64,000 bases of DNA from Candidatus Aminicenantes bacterium. GTDB lineage: Bacteria > Acidobacteriota > Aminicenantia > Aminicenantales > Saccharicenantaceae. Of this stretch, positions 53,347-62,420 are shown one piece after another (the stretch's first letter is position 1; every line of letters starts with the position of its first letter). Position numbers and translations under genes: made by a program. Location of the stretch: the NCBI GenBank assembly GCA_963725825.1, contig CAVSAI010000029.1, positions 195,765-259,764 on the forward strand, given 5' to 3'. The notes under the pieces are model-generated. The model had not been told where the DNA came from. It saw nothing but the letters and a program-made list of their open reading frames with translations, and ran no database searches.

Positions 53347-55377
53347 ATGAAGCTCCTGGTCATTCCGGCGCTCCTCCTGGCGCTCATCTTGCTCTGGTCC
53401 AGGGTGGGCTCGTTCTCCGAGCCGCCGGCAGGCCCGGAGCAGGCCATGACGGTCGCCGTCCCGCCTTCGGCGGCGCCAAACCAGCACTACCCCTCGAACC
53501 GTGTGCCTCTCGCTGTGAGCCCCCTGGTCAAGCTGCCCGTCGGGGCGGTCGAGCCCCGGGGCTGGCTTCTGGCCCAGCTGCAGCTGATGAGGGACGGCTT
53601 CACCGGCCGGCTGGCCGAGCTCAGCCCCTTCCTCGGGGACGACAGCGGCTGGATGACCCTCAAGGGCAAGGGCTGGGAGGAGATGCCGTACTGGCTCAAG
53701 GGCTACGGCGACCTCGGCTATCTGCTCAGGGACACGGCCATGCGCAAGGAGACCGAGCGCTGGCTCGTCCAGGCCTTCAAGTCGCAGGCCCGGGACGGCT
53801 TCTTCGGCCCGGCCGACAACCGGGGCGCGAACGATCTCTGGCCGAACATGGGCATGCTGTCGGCGCTCCAGAGCTTCTATGAGGCGACGGGAGACCGCCG
53901 CGTCCTGTCGCTCATGAGCCGCTACTTCCAGTATGAGTTCCACCTCCCGGCCGAAGAGCTGCTGCCGGGGAGCTGGCAGCAGCTCCGGGGAGGGGAGAAT
54001 CTCGAAAGCGTCTACTGGCTCTACAACCGCACCGGCGAGAGCTTCCTCCTCGACCTCGCGCGGCGGCTCTTCGCCAGGACCTCGGACTGGACCTCGCCGA
54101 TCCTCACCCCGGCCCGCGACGAGGACTGGGTCGAGAGCTCGTTCTATCACGGCGTCAACATCGCCATGGGCTTCCGCGAGCCCGCGATCTACTTCCAGCA
54201 ATCCCGGGATCGGAGCCTCCTGGAGGCCGTCGAGCGCAACTACCGAGAGGTCATGGACCGCTACGGCCGTCAGCCCGGCGGGATGTTCGGCGCCGACGAG
54301 AATATCCGCCCAGGCAGGGACGATCCGCGCCAGGGGGCCGAGACCTGCACCATGGTCGAGTTCATGGCCAGCTTCGAGTCCCTTCTGAAGATCACCGGCG
54401 ATCCCGTCTGGGCCGACCGGGCCGAGGAGATCGCCTTCAACTCCTTGCCCGCAGCCATGACCCCCGACCTCAAGGCGCTTCACTATTTCACGGCGGCCAA
54501 CCTGATCTCGTGCGACAGCAGCGCCGAGCACGATTTCCAGAACTCCGGCACTCTCGTCTCGTTCGATCCCCGGAGCTATCGCTGCTGCCAACATAATGCC
54601 GCTTTCGGCTGGCCCTATTTCGCCGAGCATCTCTGGATGGCCACCGCGGACAACGGATTGGCGGCGGTCCTTTACGCGCCGTCCGAGGTCAGGGCCAAGG
54701 TCGCGGAAGGCGCGGACATCTCCATCGCCGAGGAGACGGAGTACCCGTTCGAGGACCAGGTACGGCTGACCCTGTCCTGCGACCGTCCGGTCGCCTTTCC
54801 GCTCTACCTGCGCCTGCCGGGCTGGGCCAAGACCGTCCGGATCCTCGTCAACGGCCAGGCGGTCGACGGCCTATTCGCCGGAGGCCGGTTTGCTGTCCTG
54901 AGCCGGACGTGGCGCCACGGCGACCAGGTGCGGCTTGAGTTCAGCCCGCAGATCGAGGTCGTCGAGTGGCCGGCCCGGCGGGGGGCCGTGTCCGTGCGCC
55001 GCGGCCCGCTCTGGTACTCCCTCAAGATCGGCGAGAGCTGGCGGAGATATGGCGGAACCGAAGCGTGGCCGGCTTACGAGGTCCTGCCGACAACGCCGTG
55101 GAACTACGGTCTCGTCATGGAAGGTCTGTCAGGTTCAGGCTCCGTACGACCCGGGACCCGCGAAGCGCCCCCATTCCAGCCTTTTGCCCTCGAGGCGGCC
55201 CCGATCGTTCTCAGGGCCAGGGCCCGGCGTGTCCCGGGATGGACGGCGGAAGGCCGGATGGGCGGGCTGGTCCCGGCCAGCCCGGCGAACGGGGAAGGCC
55301 CGGCCGAAGAGGTCGAACTCGTCCCCATGGGCTGTGCCCGCCTGCGGATCACGGTCTTCCCGGTCGTCAAGGATTGA
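53347..55377 (+). CDS. GH127-like (DUF1680) beta-L-arabinofuranosidase-family enzyme, secreted
   Basis: Signal peptide present. GAETCTMVEF and YRCCQHN correspond to the Glu/Cys and Cys-Cys zinc/nucleophile motifs known from GH127 HypBA1. Confidence 0.75.
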   Translation: MKLLVIPALLLALILLWSRVGSFSEPPAGPEQAMTVAVPPSAAPNQHYPSNRVPLAVSPLVKLPVGAVEPRGWLLAQLQLMRDGFTGRLAELSPFLGDDSGWMTLKGKGWEEMPYWLKGYGDLGYLLRDTAMRKETERWLVQAFKSQARDGFFGPADNRGANDLWPNMGMLSALQSFYEATGDRRVLSLMSRYFQYEFHLPAEELLPGSWQQLRGGENLESVYWLYNRTGESFLLDLARRLFARTSDWTSPILTPARDEDWVESSFYHGVNIAMGFREPAIYFQQSRDRSLLEAVERNYREVMDRYGRQPGGMFGADENIRPGRDDPRQGAETCTMVEFMASFESLLKITGDPVWADRAEEIAFNSLPAAMTPDLKALHYFTAANLISCDSSAEHDFQNSGTLVSFDPRSYRCCQHNAAFGWPYFAEHLWMATADNGLAAVLYAPSEVRAKVAEGADISIAEETEYPFEDQVRLTLSCDRPVAFPLYLRLPGWAKTVRILVNGQAVDGLFAGGRFAVLSRTWRHGDQVRLEFSPQIEVVEWPARRGAVSVRRGPLWYSLKIGESWRRYGGTEAWPAYEVLPTTPWNYGLVMEGLSGSGSVRPGTREAPPFQPFALEAAPIVLRARARRVPGWTAEGRMGGLVPASPANGEGPAEEVELVPMGCARLRITVFPVVKD

Positions 55378-55434
55378 CATGCCGAAAGGCATTATATATT
55401 AGGGACTGAGGAACCGAATCCAAAGGAGGTCCGG

Positions 55435-55887
55435 ATGTTCAGAGAATTCAAGGAATTCGCCATGCGCGGTTCTGTCATGGACATGGCCGTCGGCATCATC
55501 ATCGGCGCCGCCTTCGGGGGCATCATCTCGTCGCTCGTCGCCGATGTCCTGATGCCGCCGATCGGACTGCTACTCGGCCGAGTGGATTTCTCCAATCTCT
55601 ATATCCTCTTGACGGCCGGACACGCGCCGGGCCCCTACGCCTCGCTCGCGGCGGCCCAGCAGGCTGGCGCGGTCACCCTGAATTACGGCGCCTTCATCAA
55701 TAAGATCATCAGCTTCCTCATCATCGCTTTTTCGATCTTCCTGCTCGTTCGGGGCATGAACCGGATGAAGAGGAAAGCCGAGGCGCCCGCGGCCGCGCCG
55801 GCGACCAAAGATTGCCCATTCTGCGCCACGGCCATCCCCGTCGCCGCGGTCAGGTGCCCGAACTGCACGTCGGAGCTGAAGAAGTAG
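55435..55887 (+). CDS. mscL: Large-conductance mechanosensitive channel MscL with C-terminal CxxC...CxxC extension
   Basis: MFREFKEFAMRGSVMDMAVGIIIGAAFG is a canonical MscL N-terminus. The C-terminus is CPFCATAIPVAAVRCPNC. Confidence 0.85.
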   Translation: MFREFKEFAMRGSVMDMAVGIIIGAAFGGIISSLVADVLMPPIGLLLGRVDFSNLYILLTAGHAPGPYASLAAAQQAGAVTLNYGAFINKIISFLIIAFSIFLLVRGMNRMKRKAEAPAAAPATKDCPFCATAIPVAAVRCPNCTSELKK

Positions 55888-55897
55888 CGCGGACGGG

Positions 55898-57007
55898 CTA
55901 GAACGCTTCCCGGGCGGTGATGTACAGGCCGAAGCTCTCCTGGCCCCAGGCCAAGTCCAGGCGGACGGTCGCGCCGTCGCGTTTGTTGATCACGTAGCGG
56001 AGACCGCTGCCCGCGGCGAACTTGACCCTCCCGGCCCCAATGTCCCGGAAACCCGGGAAGACATCGGCCAGGCCGGCGAAGCCGGCAACGCCGATCCTTT
56101 TGGTGATCAGGGCCCTGAACTCGGCCTGAAAGAGGACCAGACCCTTGTCCCTGAACCGTCCTCTGTAGTATCCGCGGAGAAGCGACTCTCCGCCGAGCAT
56201 GGCCAGCTTGTAGAAGGGGACGGCGCCTCCGGTCGAGACGAGATAGGCCTGCATGGCCAGGACGCGGTTCGTCCCGACAGGCCAGTATTTCCGGAGATCG
56301 AGCTCGGCGCGGTTGTAGCTGAAGTCACTGCCGGCTGTGGCTCCGTAGGCCTCGGCCGTAAGCTGGAGAAATGCGCCCCGGAGCGGGAAGAGGACCGAAT
56401 CTCGCGTGTCCCAATTCAGATTGGCGCCGAACCCGGCGATCACCCCGCCGTGGCTCCCGGCGAACTCCCCGGACGCGAGAAGCCCTCCCGGCGCGACACT
56501 CTCTATCGTCGTTCTCTCGAAATCGAACCCGAGCCCGCCGAAGAGACCGCCGACGACGCGCCTCTTGACAGCCATCCGGAGCGCGAAGATCCGCGGCGTA
56601 TAAGATTCTCCGGACGTCGACTGTGTGTCGTTGCCCACGCCGTAGAACAGCTGCGGCGCCCTTTGGTATTGGATGGTGCCGGTGAAGATGAGGCTGTTGC
56701 TCTTGACGTAGATCTCGGGCTTGATGAGGACGTTGAACTGCCGGGCCAGATTGTAGCTGGCGAAGGCCCAGACGCTCGAGGTGCGGGCCGATTCTTTGAT
56801 GCGCCCGGCCCGGAAACTGAGCATGCCGCCGGCGCCGAAGGCCAGCTTCGTCTCGGGAGAATAGTAGATGAAGGGAATTCCGACAAGGCGGGCCTTGTAC
56901 GGATTCGGCGGCTGGACCGGCTCTTCGGCCCCGGCCGCGGGCCCTCGCGGGAAAAGGCCGGCGGCGAGAAGGACGGCGATCGCGAGGATCCGGTGAGGCG
57001 GGGTCAT
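55898..57007 (-). CDS. POTRA-less Omp85/BamA-family outer-membrane beta-barrel
   Basis: Signal peptide present. LRGYY (L6-type motif), GSGLRYV and a terminal TAREAF. Only about 30 residues lie between the signal peptide and the first barrel strands. Confidence 0.6.
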   Translation of the reverse strand: MTPPHRILAIAVLLAAGLFPRGPAAGAEEPVQPPNPYKARLVGIPFIYYSPETKLAFGAGGMLSFRAGRIKESARTSSVWAFASYNLARQFNVLIKPEIYVKSNSLIFTGTIQYQRAPQLFYGVGNDTQSTSGESYTPRIFALRMAVKRRVVGGLFGGLGFDFERTTIESVAPGGLLASGEFAGSHGGVIAGFGANLNWDTRDSVLFPLRGAFLQLTAEAYGATAGSDFSYNRAELDLRKYWPVGTNRVLAMQAYLVSTGGAVPFYKLAMLGGESLLRGYYRGRFRDKGLVLFQAEFRALITKRIGVAGFAGLADVFPGFRDIGAGRVKFAAGSGLRYVINKRDGATVRLDLAWGQESFGLYITAREAF

Positions 57008-57070
57008 GTCGGTCGTTCCACCTTTCCCGTATCAGTGTAGCGTCATGGCGCCGGAATGTAAAACGATGTC

Positions 57071-57099
57071 TTGACCGTCGCCCCCAAGCGGGCTATCCT
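57071..57099 (+). promoter_or_regulatory. Sigma-70-type promoter (TTGACC-N17-TATCCT) for the second URO-D gene
   Basis: The -35 is at 57071..57076 and the -10 at 57094..57099. RBS GAAGGAG and GTG 57119 follow. Confidence 0.45.
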
Positions 57100-57118
57100 G
57101 CCGGGCGAAGGAGCCAGT

Positions 57119-58252
57119 GTGACGTCCAAGGAGCGTATGGCCGCGGCGATGTCGGGAGGACGTCCCGACCGGGTCCCCGTCATGTGCCAGATGAGCATCG
57201 GCCACATGCTCCGCGAGACCGGCGAGTCCCCGTCACGGTTTTGGCACTCCGCCGCTGATTTCGCCGATGGGCTCCTCTCGCTCCGAGCCCGATACGGGTT
57301 CGACGGGATCCTCGTCAGCCTCCACGGCCATGCGCCGGATTGGGAGCGCCGGGTCGCCGCGGTCTCACGGGAACCCGGCGGCGAGCGCGTCCGCTGGACG
57401 AACGGCGACGAGACCTGGTTCCCGGCGGACGATCTGCCCCTGTTCTACCCGTCCGCGCCCGGGGCCGCGCCGGAGTTCGACCGCTTCGACCCCGCGTCCC
57501 TGCCGTCGCGTCCCGGCTATATCCCCGTCTCGCAGGGGCTGCGCTTCGTCCTCGATCCGGACCATCTCTTCGACGCGGTCGAGAAAGTCAGGGCGTGCGT
57601 CGGCCGGGACTTTTCGGTTCATGGCGAGGTGACATCTCCCCTTGACTATTTCCTCGACCTGTTCGGCTTCGAACAGGCCCTGCTCGGCTTTCTCGACGAT
57701 CCGGGCCGGGCCATGGCGGTCCTCGACAGGCTTACGGAGGGGATCGTGGCGATCGCCCAAGGACTGGCGTCGACAGGCGTCGACGCGATCAAGATCTCAT
57801 CGCCGTTCGCCGGCGCGGGCTTCCTGTCCGCCGCGTTCTACCGAAGGTTCGTCCTGCCCTGCGAGAGCCGCATCGCCCGGGCCATCGAAGCGGAGGATGT
57901 TCGAGCCTACATCCACACCTGCGGGGACATCCAAGACAGGCTCGAGCTCATGGCCGAGAGCGGAGCGTCCGGCATCGAGTGTCTGGACCCGCCGCCGCTC
58001 GGCCGCATCGATCTCGAGGACGCCAAGCGGCGCGTCGGTGGACGGATCTTCATCAAGGGCAATATCGACCCGGTCAATGTCCTGCTCGCGGGCGACCGGG
58101 GCTCCGTCCGGGCCGACGCGATGCGGCGGGTCGAAACGGGCCGGCCTGGCGGACGCTTCATCCTGAGCACGGCCTGCTCGATCGCGCCGCGGACTCCTGC
58201 GGAGAACGTGGCGGTCCTGGCCGAGGTGGTCGAGGAATGCGGCCAATATTGA
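57119..58252 (+). CDS. URO-D family protein (second paralog), function unknown
   Basis: GTG lies 5 nt after GAAGGAG. URO-D-like motifs are present (RPDRVPVM, YIHTCGD, ECLDPPP, STACSI). The TTG at 57071 in the ORF track is more likely a -35 box. Confidence 0.65.
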   Translation: MTSKERMAAAMSGGRPDRVPVMCQMSIGHMLRETGESPSRFWHSAADFADGLLSLRARYGFDGILVSLHGHAPDWERRVAAVSREPGGERVRWTNGDETWFPADDLPLFYPSAPGAAPEFDRFDPASLPSRPGYIPVSQGLRFVLDPDHLFDAVEKVRACVGRDFSVHGEVTSPLDYFLDLFGFEQALLGFLDDPGRAMAVLDRLTEGIVAIAQGLASTGVDAIKISSPFAGAGFLSAAFYRRFVLPCESRIARAIEAEDVRAYIHTCGDIQDRLELMAESGASGIECLDPPPLGRIDLEDAKRRVGGRIFIKGNIDPVNVLLAGDRGSVRADAMRRVETGRPGGRFILSTACSIAPRTPAENVAVLAEVVEECGQY

Positions 58253-58253
58253 G

Positions 58254-58282
58254 TTGAAAGTCGGCCCGACCTGGGTTATAAC
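58254..58282 (+). promoter_or_regulatory. Sigma-70-type promoter (TTGAAA-N17-TATAAC) for the saccharopine-dehydrogenase-like gene
   Basis: The -35 is at 58254..58259 and the -10 at 58277..58282. RBS AAGGAG precedes ATG 58319. Confidence 0.45.
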
Positions 58283-58318
58283 TTCCTTTCTAACTCCAGC
58301 GCTCTTTAAGGAGTCTCC

Positions 58319-59440
58319 ATGAAGAAGATCATCGTTCTTGGATCCGGGATGGTGGGACGGGTCATCGCGCTCGACCTCGCCGGCGACTTCGAGGTCACGG
58401 CGGTCGACGTCAATCGCGACAATCTCGCCAGACTGGCTGGGACGGCGGTCCGGCCGCTCCAGGCCGACCTCTCAGCGGCCCCATCGATCCGGAAGATCGT
58501 CGCCTCCTGCGACCTCGTCGTCGGGGCCGTCCCCGGTTCCATGGGGTTCGCCACACTGCGCGAGGTCATCGCCGCCGGCCGGAATATCGTCGACATCTCC
58601 TTCTTTCCCGAAGATGCCCTGGCCCTCGACGAGGCCGCGCGGGCCGCGGGCGTGACCGCCGTCGTCGATTGCGGCGTCGCGCCGGGCACGAGCAATATGA
58701 TCCTCGGCTATCATGCGGCCCGCATGACCGTGGAGCGTTTTGCCTGCTATGTCGGCGGCCTGCCGTTCCGGCGGCAGTTCCCGTTCGAGTACAAGGCCCC
58801 CTTTTCGCCCGCCGACGTCATCGAGGAGTACATCCGGCCGGCCCGCTACATCGAGAACGGGCACCTCGTCGTCAAGCCGGCCCTCTCGGACGTCGAAAAC
58901 CTGGATTTCCCCGAGATCGGCACGCTCGAGGCGTTCAATTCCGACGGGCTTCGCTCCTTGCTGACGACGATCCGGGTGCCCAATATGATCGAGAAGACCC
59001 TCCGTTATCCGGGTCACGTCGAGCACATCCGGGCCCTCCGCGACAGCGGCTTTTTCGGCAAGGAGGAAGTCGAGGTCGCAGGCGCCCGGGTCCGGCCTAT
59101 CGACGCCACGTCGGCCGTGCTGTTCAAGCACTGGCACCTCCATGAAGAGGACGATGAATTCACCATCATGCGGATCGTCGTCGAGGGCAGCGCCGGCGGG
59201 ACGGCGAAGGAGATCCGGTACGACCTCTTCGATCGCCGGGACCGCTCGACGGGCTTCTCGTCCATGGCCCGGACGACGGGTTTCCCGGCGGCCGCCGCCG
59301 CGCGCCTCGTCCTGGCCGGCCAATTCGTCCGCAAGGGGATCTCGCCGCCCGAATTCCTCGGCGCCGAGGAAGCCGCCTTCCGGGCGGTCATGGACGACCT
59401 CGCGGCGAGGAACGTCGTCTACCGCAAGACCGAACGATAG
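58319..59440 (+). CDS. Saccharopine dehydrogenase-family NAD(P)-binding protein
   Basis: KIIVLGSGMVG Rossmann motif. CGVAPGTSNM and RYPGH motifs are typical of the saccharopine/lysine-6-dehydrogenase-like family. Confidence 0.7.
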   Translation: MKKIIVLGSGMVGRVIALDLAGDFEVTAVDVNRDNLARLAGTAVRPLQADLSAAPSIRKIVASCDLVVGAVPGSMGFATLREVIAAGRNIVDISFFPEDALALDEAARAAGVTAVVDCGVAPGTSNMILGYHAARMTVERFACYVGGLPFRRQFPFEYKAPFSPADVIEEYIRPARYIENGHLVVKPALSDVENLDFPEIGTLEAFNSDGLRSLLTTIRVPNMIEKTLRYPGHVEHIRALRDSGFFGKEEVEVAGARVRPIDATSAVLFKHWHLHEEDDEFTIMRIVVEGSAGGTAKEIRYDLFDRRDRSTGFSSMARTTGFPAAAAARLVLAGQFVRKGISPPEFLGAEEAAFRAVMDDLAARNVVYRKTER

Positions 59441-59460
59441 TCGGAAAAAGGAGGCCCGCG

Positions 59461-62250
59461 ATGTCACGGAAGCTTTCGACCGCCTTCGCTGTTTTGGCCG
59501 CCCTGATCGCGGCCGCTCCTTCCGGGACGGAGGCCCAATCGAGGCCGGCGCGAAAAGCGGGTCCGGCCGCCCCCGCCGCGCTCAATGCCGCGGATGTCCT
59601 GAAGGGCCTGAGTTTCCGCGCCATCGGCCCGACCCGGCAGAGCGGCCGGTTCGTCGATTTCGCCGTCCCGGCGGGGATGCCGAACACGTTCTACGCCGCT
59701 TCGGCTTCCGGAGGCCTGTGGAAGACGGAGAACAACGGGCAGACGTTCGAGCCTCTCTTCGAGAGCGAGAAGGTCTTCTCGATCGGCGATATTGCCGTGG
59801 CCCCTTCGGATCCCGCCCTCCTTTGGCTCGGCTCGGGCGAGGCCAACAACTCCCGCTCGACCTACTGGGGCGACGGGATCTACAAATCCCTTGACGGGGG
59901 CAAGACCTGGCTCAATGTGGGGCTCAGGGAATCCCATCATATCGGCCGCATCGTCATTCACCCCTCTGATCCCGATGTCGTGTATGTGGCCGTCTTGGGC
60001 CGTCTCTACTCCGAGAACCCCGAAAGGGGCGTCTACAAGACGGTCGACGGCGGCAAGACCTGGATCCAGGTGCTGGGCGTCACCGTCGACGGCCGGGCCG
60101 TCGGCGCGGTCGACATCGCCATGGACCCGTCCGATCCCGAGACGCTCTATGCCTCGACCTACGACAAGTTCCGCAAGCCCTGGACCTGGGGGATCGGGGG
60201 TCCGGGATCGGGCATCCACAAGACCGTCGACGGCGGCAAGACCTGGACCAAGCTCGCCAACGGCCTGCCGACCGGCATCCTGGGCCGGATCGGCCTGGCC
60301 ATCGCTCCCAAGGACCCGAAGATCGTCTACGCCGAGATCGAGAACGCCAACAAGCCCGGCATGTCCGCCGAGGATCGATGGCGGGAGATCCTGGCCGGCA
60401 AGTCGAGTGAGGGCATGATCGACGGCGAGATCTACCGCTCCGACGATGCCGGAGCGACCTGGACCAAGGTCAGCCCCGACAAGAGGTCCATCGGCGGCAA
60501 TCCGGGGTACTACTACGGCCAGATCGTCGTCGATCCGAACGACTCAAACGTCGTCTATGTCCTCAGCGTCGGCGTCCTGGCCAGCCGCGACGGGGGCAAG
60601 ACCTGGACGTCGCCGTTCCGCTTCGGCGGCGACAACCACGCTCTCTGGATCGACCCCAGGGACAGCGCCCACATGCTGCTCGGCTACGACCATGGGATGG
60701 GCGTGACCTGGGACAGCGGCAAGAACTGGCACCACCCTGACATCCTGCCCCTGGCGCAGCTCTACGCCGTCGATTTCGACATGTCCTATCCCTATCGCGT
60801 GGCCGGCGGATTGCAGGACAACGGAAGCCTGATGGGGCCGAGCACCAGCGTCGGCGCCGGCGGGGGCTTCGGCGGCCGGGGCGGCTCGGCGCCGCCCATT
60901 CGGCTTGAAGACTGGTTCGGCGTGGGAGGCGGCGACGGCATGTATAATGTTTTCGACCGGACGACCAATCGCACTCTCTACAACGAGTCCCAGTTCGGCC
61001 CTCTGACCCGGATCGACCTCCTGACCGGCGAGGCCGAGAGCATCGCCTACCAGCGGCTAAAGCCTGAGCTGCGGTGGAACTGGTGCGCACCGATCCTCGT
61101 TTCCGCTCACGCCAACGAAACGATCTACCATTGCGGCAATGTCGTGGTCATGTCGACCAATCGCGGCGAGTCCTGGACAGAGATCAGCCCCGACCTCTCC
61201 ACCAACGATCCGTCGAAGCTCACGGTCGAAGGCAAGGGGGGAGACGGCAACATCCAGTATTGCACGATCACGACCTTCGACGAATCGCCCCTCCTGCCCG
61301 GGGTGCTCTGGGCCGGCACGGACGACGGCAACGTCTGGGTCACCCGGGACAACGGCAAGGCCTGGACCAAGCTCAACGACAAGATCACGGGGAACCCGGG
61401 GCACTGGGTCAGCCGGGTGGCCGCTTCGCCGTCCGACCCGGGGACGGCCTATGTCTCGTACACCGGCTTCCGGAACGACGATTTCAAGCCTTACCTCTAT
61501 CGGACCTCCGACTACGGCGCGACCTGGACGTCACTCGCCGGCGGGCTGGCCGAAGGACCCGTCAACGTTATCCGGGAGGATCCCAAGAACCCCAAGCTTC
61601 TCTTCGCCGGGACGGATTTCGGCGTGTACGTCTCGATCGACGGCGGCGCGTCCTGGCTGAAGCTGAAAGGGGACATGCCGACCCAGCCTGTCCTCGACCT
61701 CAAGATCCAGCCGCGCGAAAACGACCTCATCGTGGCCACCCATGGCCGCGGGATCTTTATCGCCGACATCAAGGTCCTGCAGGAGTCGACGCCCGTTGTC
61801 CTGGCCGAGCAGGCCCACTTGTTCGGGATCGACCCCGCAGTCCGCTGGATCGGCCAAGACAGGCGGGAATCCGGCAGCTCGAACTTCGAAGGGACGAGCG
61901 AGACGCCGGGACTGGCCATCTCTTACTTCCTGAAGGCCAAACCCAAGGATGCGGTGAAGGTCCAGGTTTACGCCGGCGGCTTGCTCCTCAACGAGATCAC
62001 GGCGCCCTCGAGCGTCGGTATCAACACCGTCTATTGGAACATGACAGGCCGGCGCGAGCGGACGCCCGATGAGAAAAAGGCGGCCCAGGAAAGCGCTAGC
62101 CGGGCCCGGGAAAGAGGCTACGGCGGAGGGACGGGCGATCCCAATTTCGCTTCCTTCCCCGTGCAGCCGGGAGATTACCGGGTCGTCCTGACGGTCGACG
62201 GCAAGTCGGAATCGACGACCGGCACGGTGCTCAAGGACCCTCGTTATTGA
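59461..62250 (+). CDS. Secreted VPS10/sortilin-like BNR (Asp-box) repeat beta-propeller protein
   Basis: Signal peptide present. About ten Asp-box motifs (SLDGGKTW, TVDGGKTW x2, SRDGGKTW, TRDNGKAW, SDYGATW, SIDGGASW and others). 929 aa. Confidence 0.7.
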   Translation: MSRKLSTAFAVLAALIAAAPSGTEAQSRPARKAGPAAPAALNAADVLKGLSFRAIGPTRQSGRFVDFAVPAGMPNTFYAASASGGLWKTENNGQTFEPLFESEKVFSIGDIAVAPSDPALLWLGSGEANNSRSTYWGDGIYKSLDGGKTWLNVGLRESHHIGRIVIHPSDPDVVYVAVLGRLYSENPERGVYKTVDGGKTWIQVLGVTVDGRAVGAVDIAMDPSDPETLYASTYDKFRKPWTWGIGGPGSGIHKTVDGGKTWTKLANGLPTGILGRIGLAIAPKDPKIVYAEIENANKPGMSAEDRWREILAGKSSEGMIDGEIYRSDDAGATWTKVSPDKRSIGGNPGYYYGQIVVDPNDSNVVYVLSVGVLASRDGGKTWTSPFRFGGDNHALWIDPRDSAHMLLGYDHGMGVTWDSGKNWHHPDILPLAQLYAVDFDMSYPYRVAGGLQDNGSLMGPSTSVGAGGGFGGRGGSAPPIRLEDWFGVGGGDGMYNVFDRTTNRTLYNESQFGPLTRIDLLTGEAESIAYQRLKPELRWNWCAPILVSAHANETIYHCGNVVVMSTNRGESWTEISPDLSTNDPSKLTVEGKGGDGNIQYCTITTFDESPLLPGVLWAGTDDGNVWVTRDNGKAWTKLNDKITGNPGHWVSRVAASPSDPGTAYVSYTGFRNDDFKPYLYRTSDYGATWTSLAGGLAEGPVNVIREDPKNPKLLFAGTDFGVYVSIDGGASWLKLKGDMPTQPVLDLKIQPRENDLIVATHGRGIFIADIKVLQESTPVVLAEQAHLFGIDPAVRWIGQDRRESGSSNFEGTSETPGLAISYFLKAKPKDAVKVQVYAGGLLLNEITAPSSVGINTVYWNMTGRRERTPDEKKAAQESASRARERGYGGGTGDPNFASFPVQPGDYRVVLTVDGKSESTTGTVLKDPRY

Positions 62251-62404
62251 GGTGAGCCTCAAAAAGGGGCCCGGCGGCATGTAACGATTATTTACGGCCC
62301 GATCGCGCGAGCGCATGAGGCCGCGGCGGGCCGGGCCCCCGGTCCGGTCGTCATGCCTGGGGGGAGAGGCGGGACTTTTCGAAAGACCCAGCGGTCGGGG
62401 CACC

Positions 62405-62420
62405 TGGCACGCCGGTTGCA
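62405..62420 (+). promoter_or_regulatory. Sigma-54 (RpoN) -24/-12 promoter TGGCACG-N4-TTGCA
   Basis: cTGGCACGccggTTGCAg matches the -24 GG / -12 GC consensus with exact spacing. It lies 18 nt upstream of ATG 62438 of the ABC ATPase. It is the only TGGCAC in the window followed by TTGC at the right spacing. Confidence 0.6.

Noticed and set aside
57071-57118. TTG at 57071 used by the ORF track as the start of the URO-D paralog.
   Set aside because: The TTGACC there fits a -35 box, with TATCCT 17 nt downstream. A GTG at 57119 with RBS GAAGGAG is a better start.
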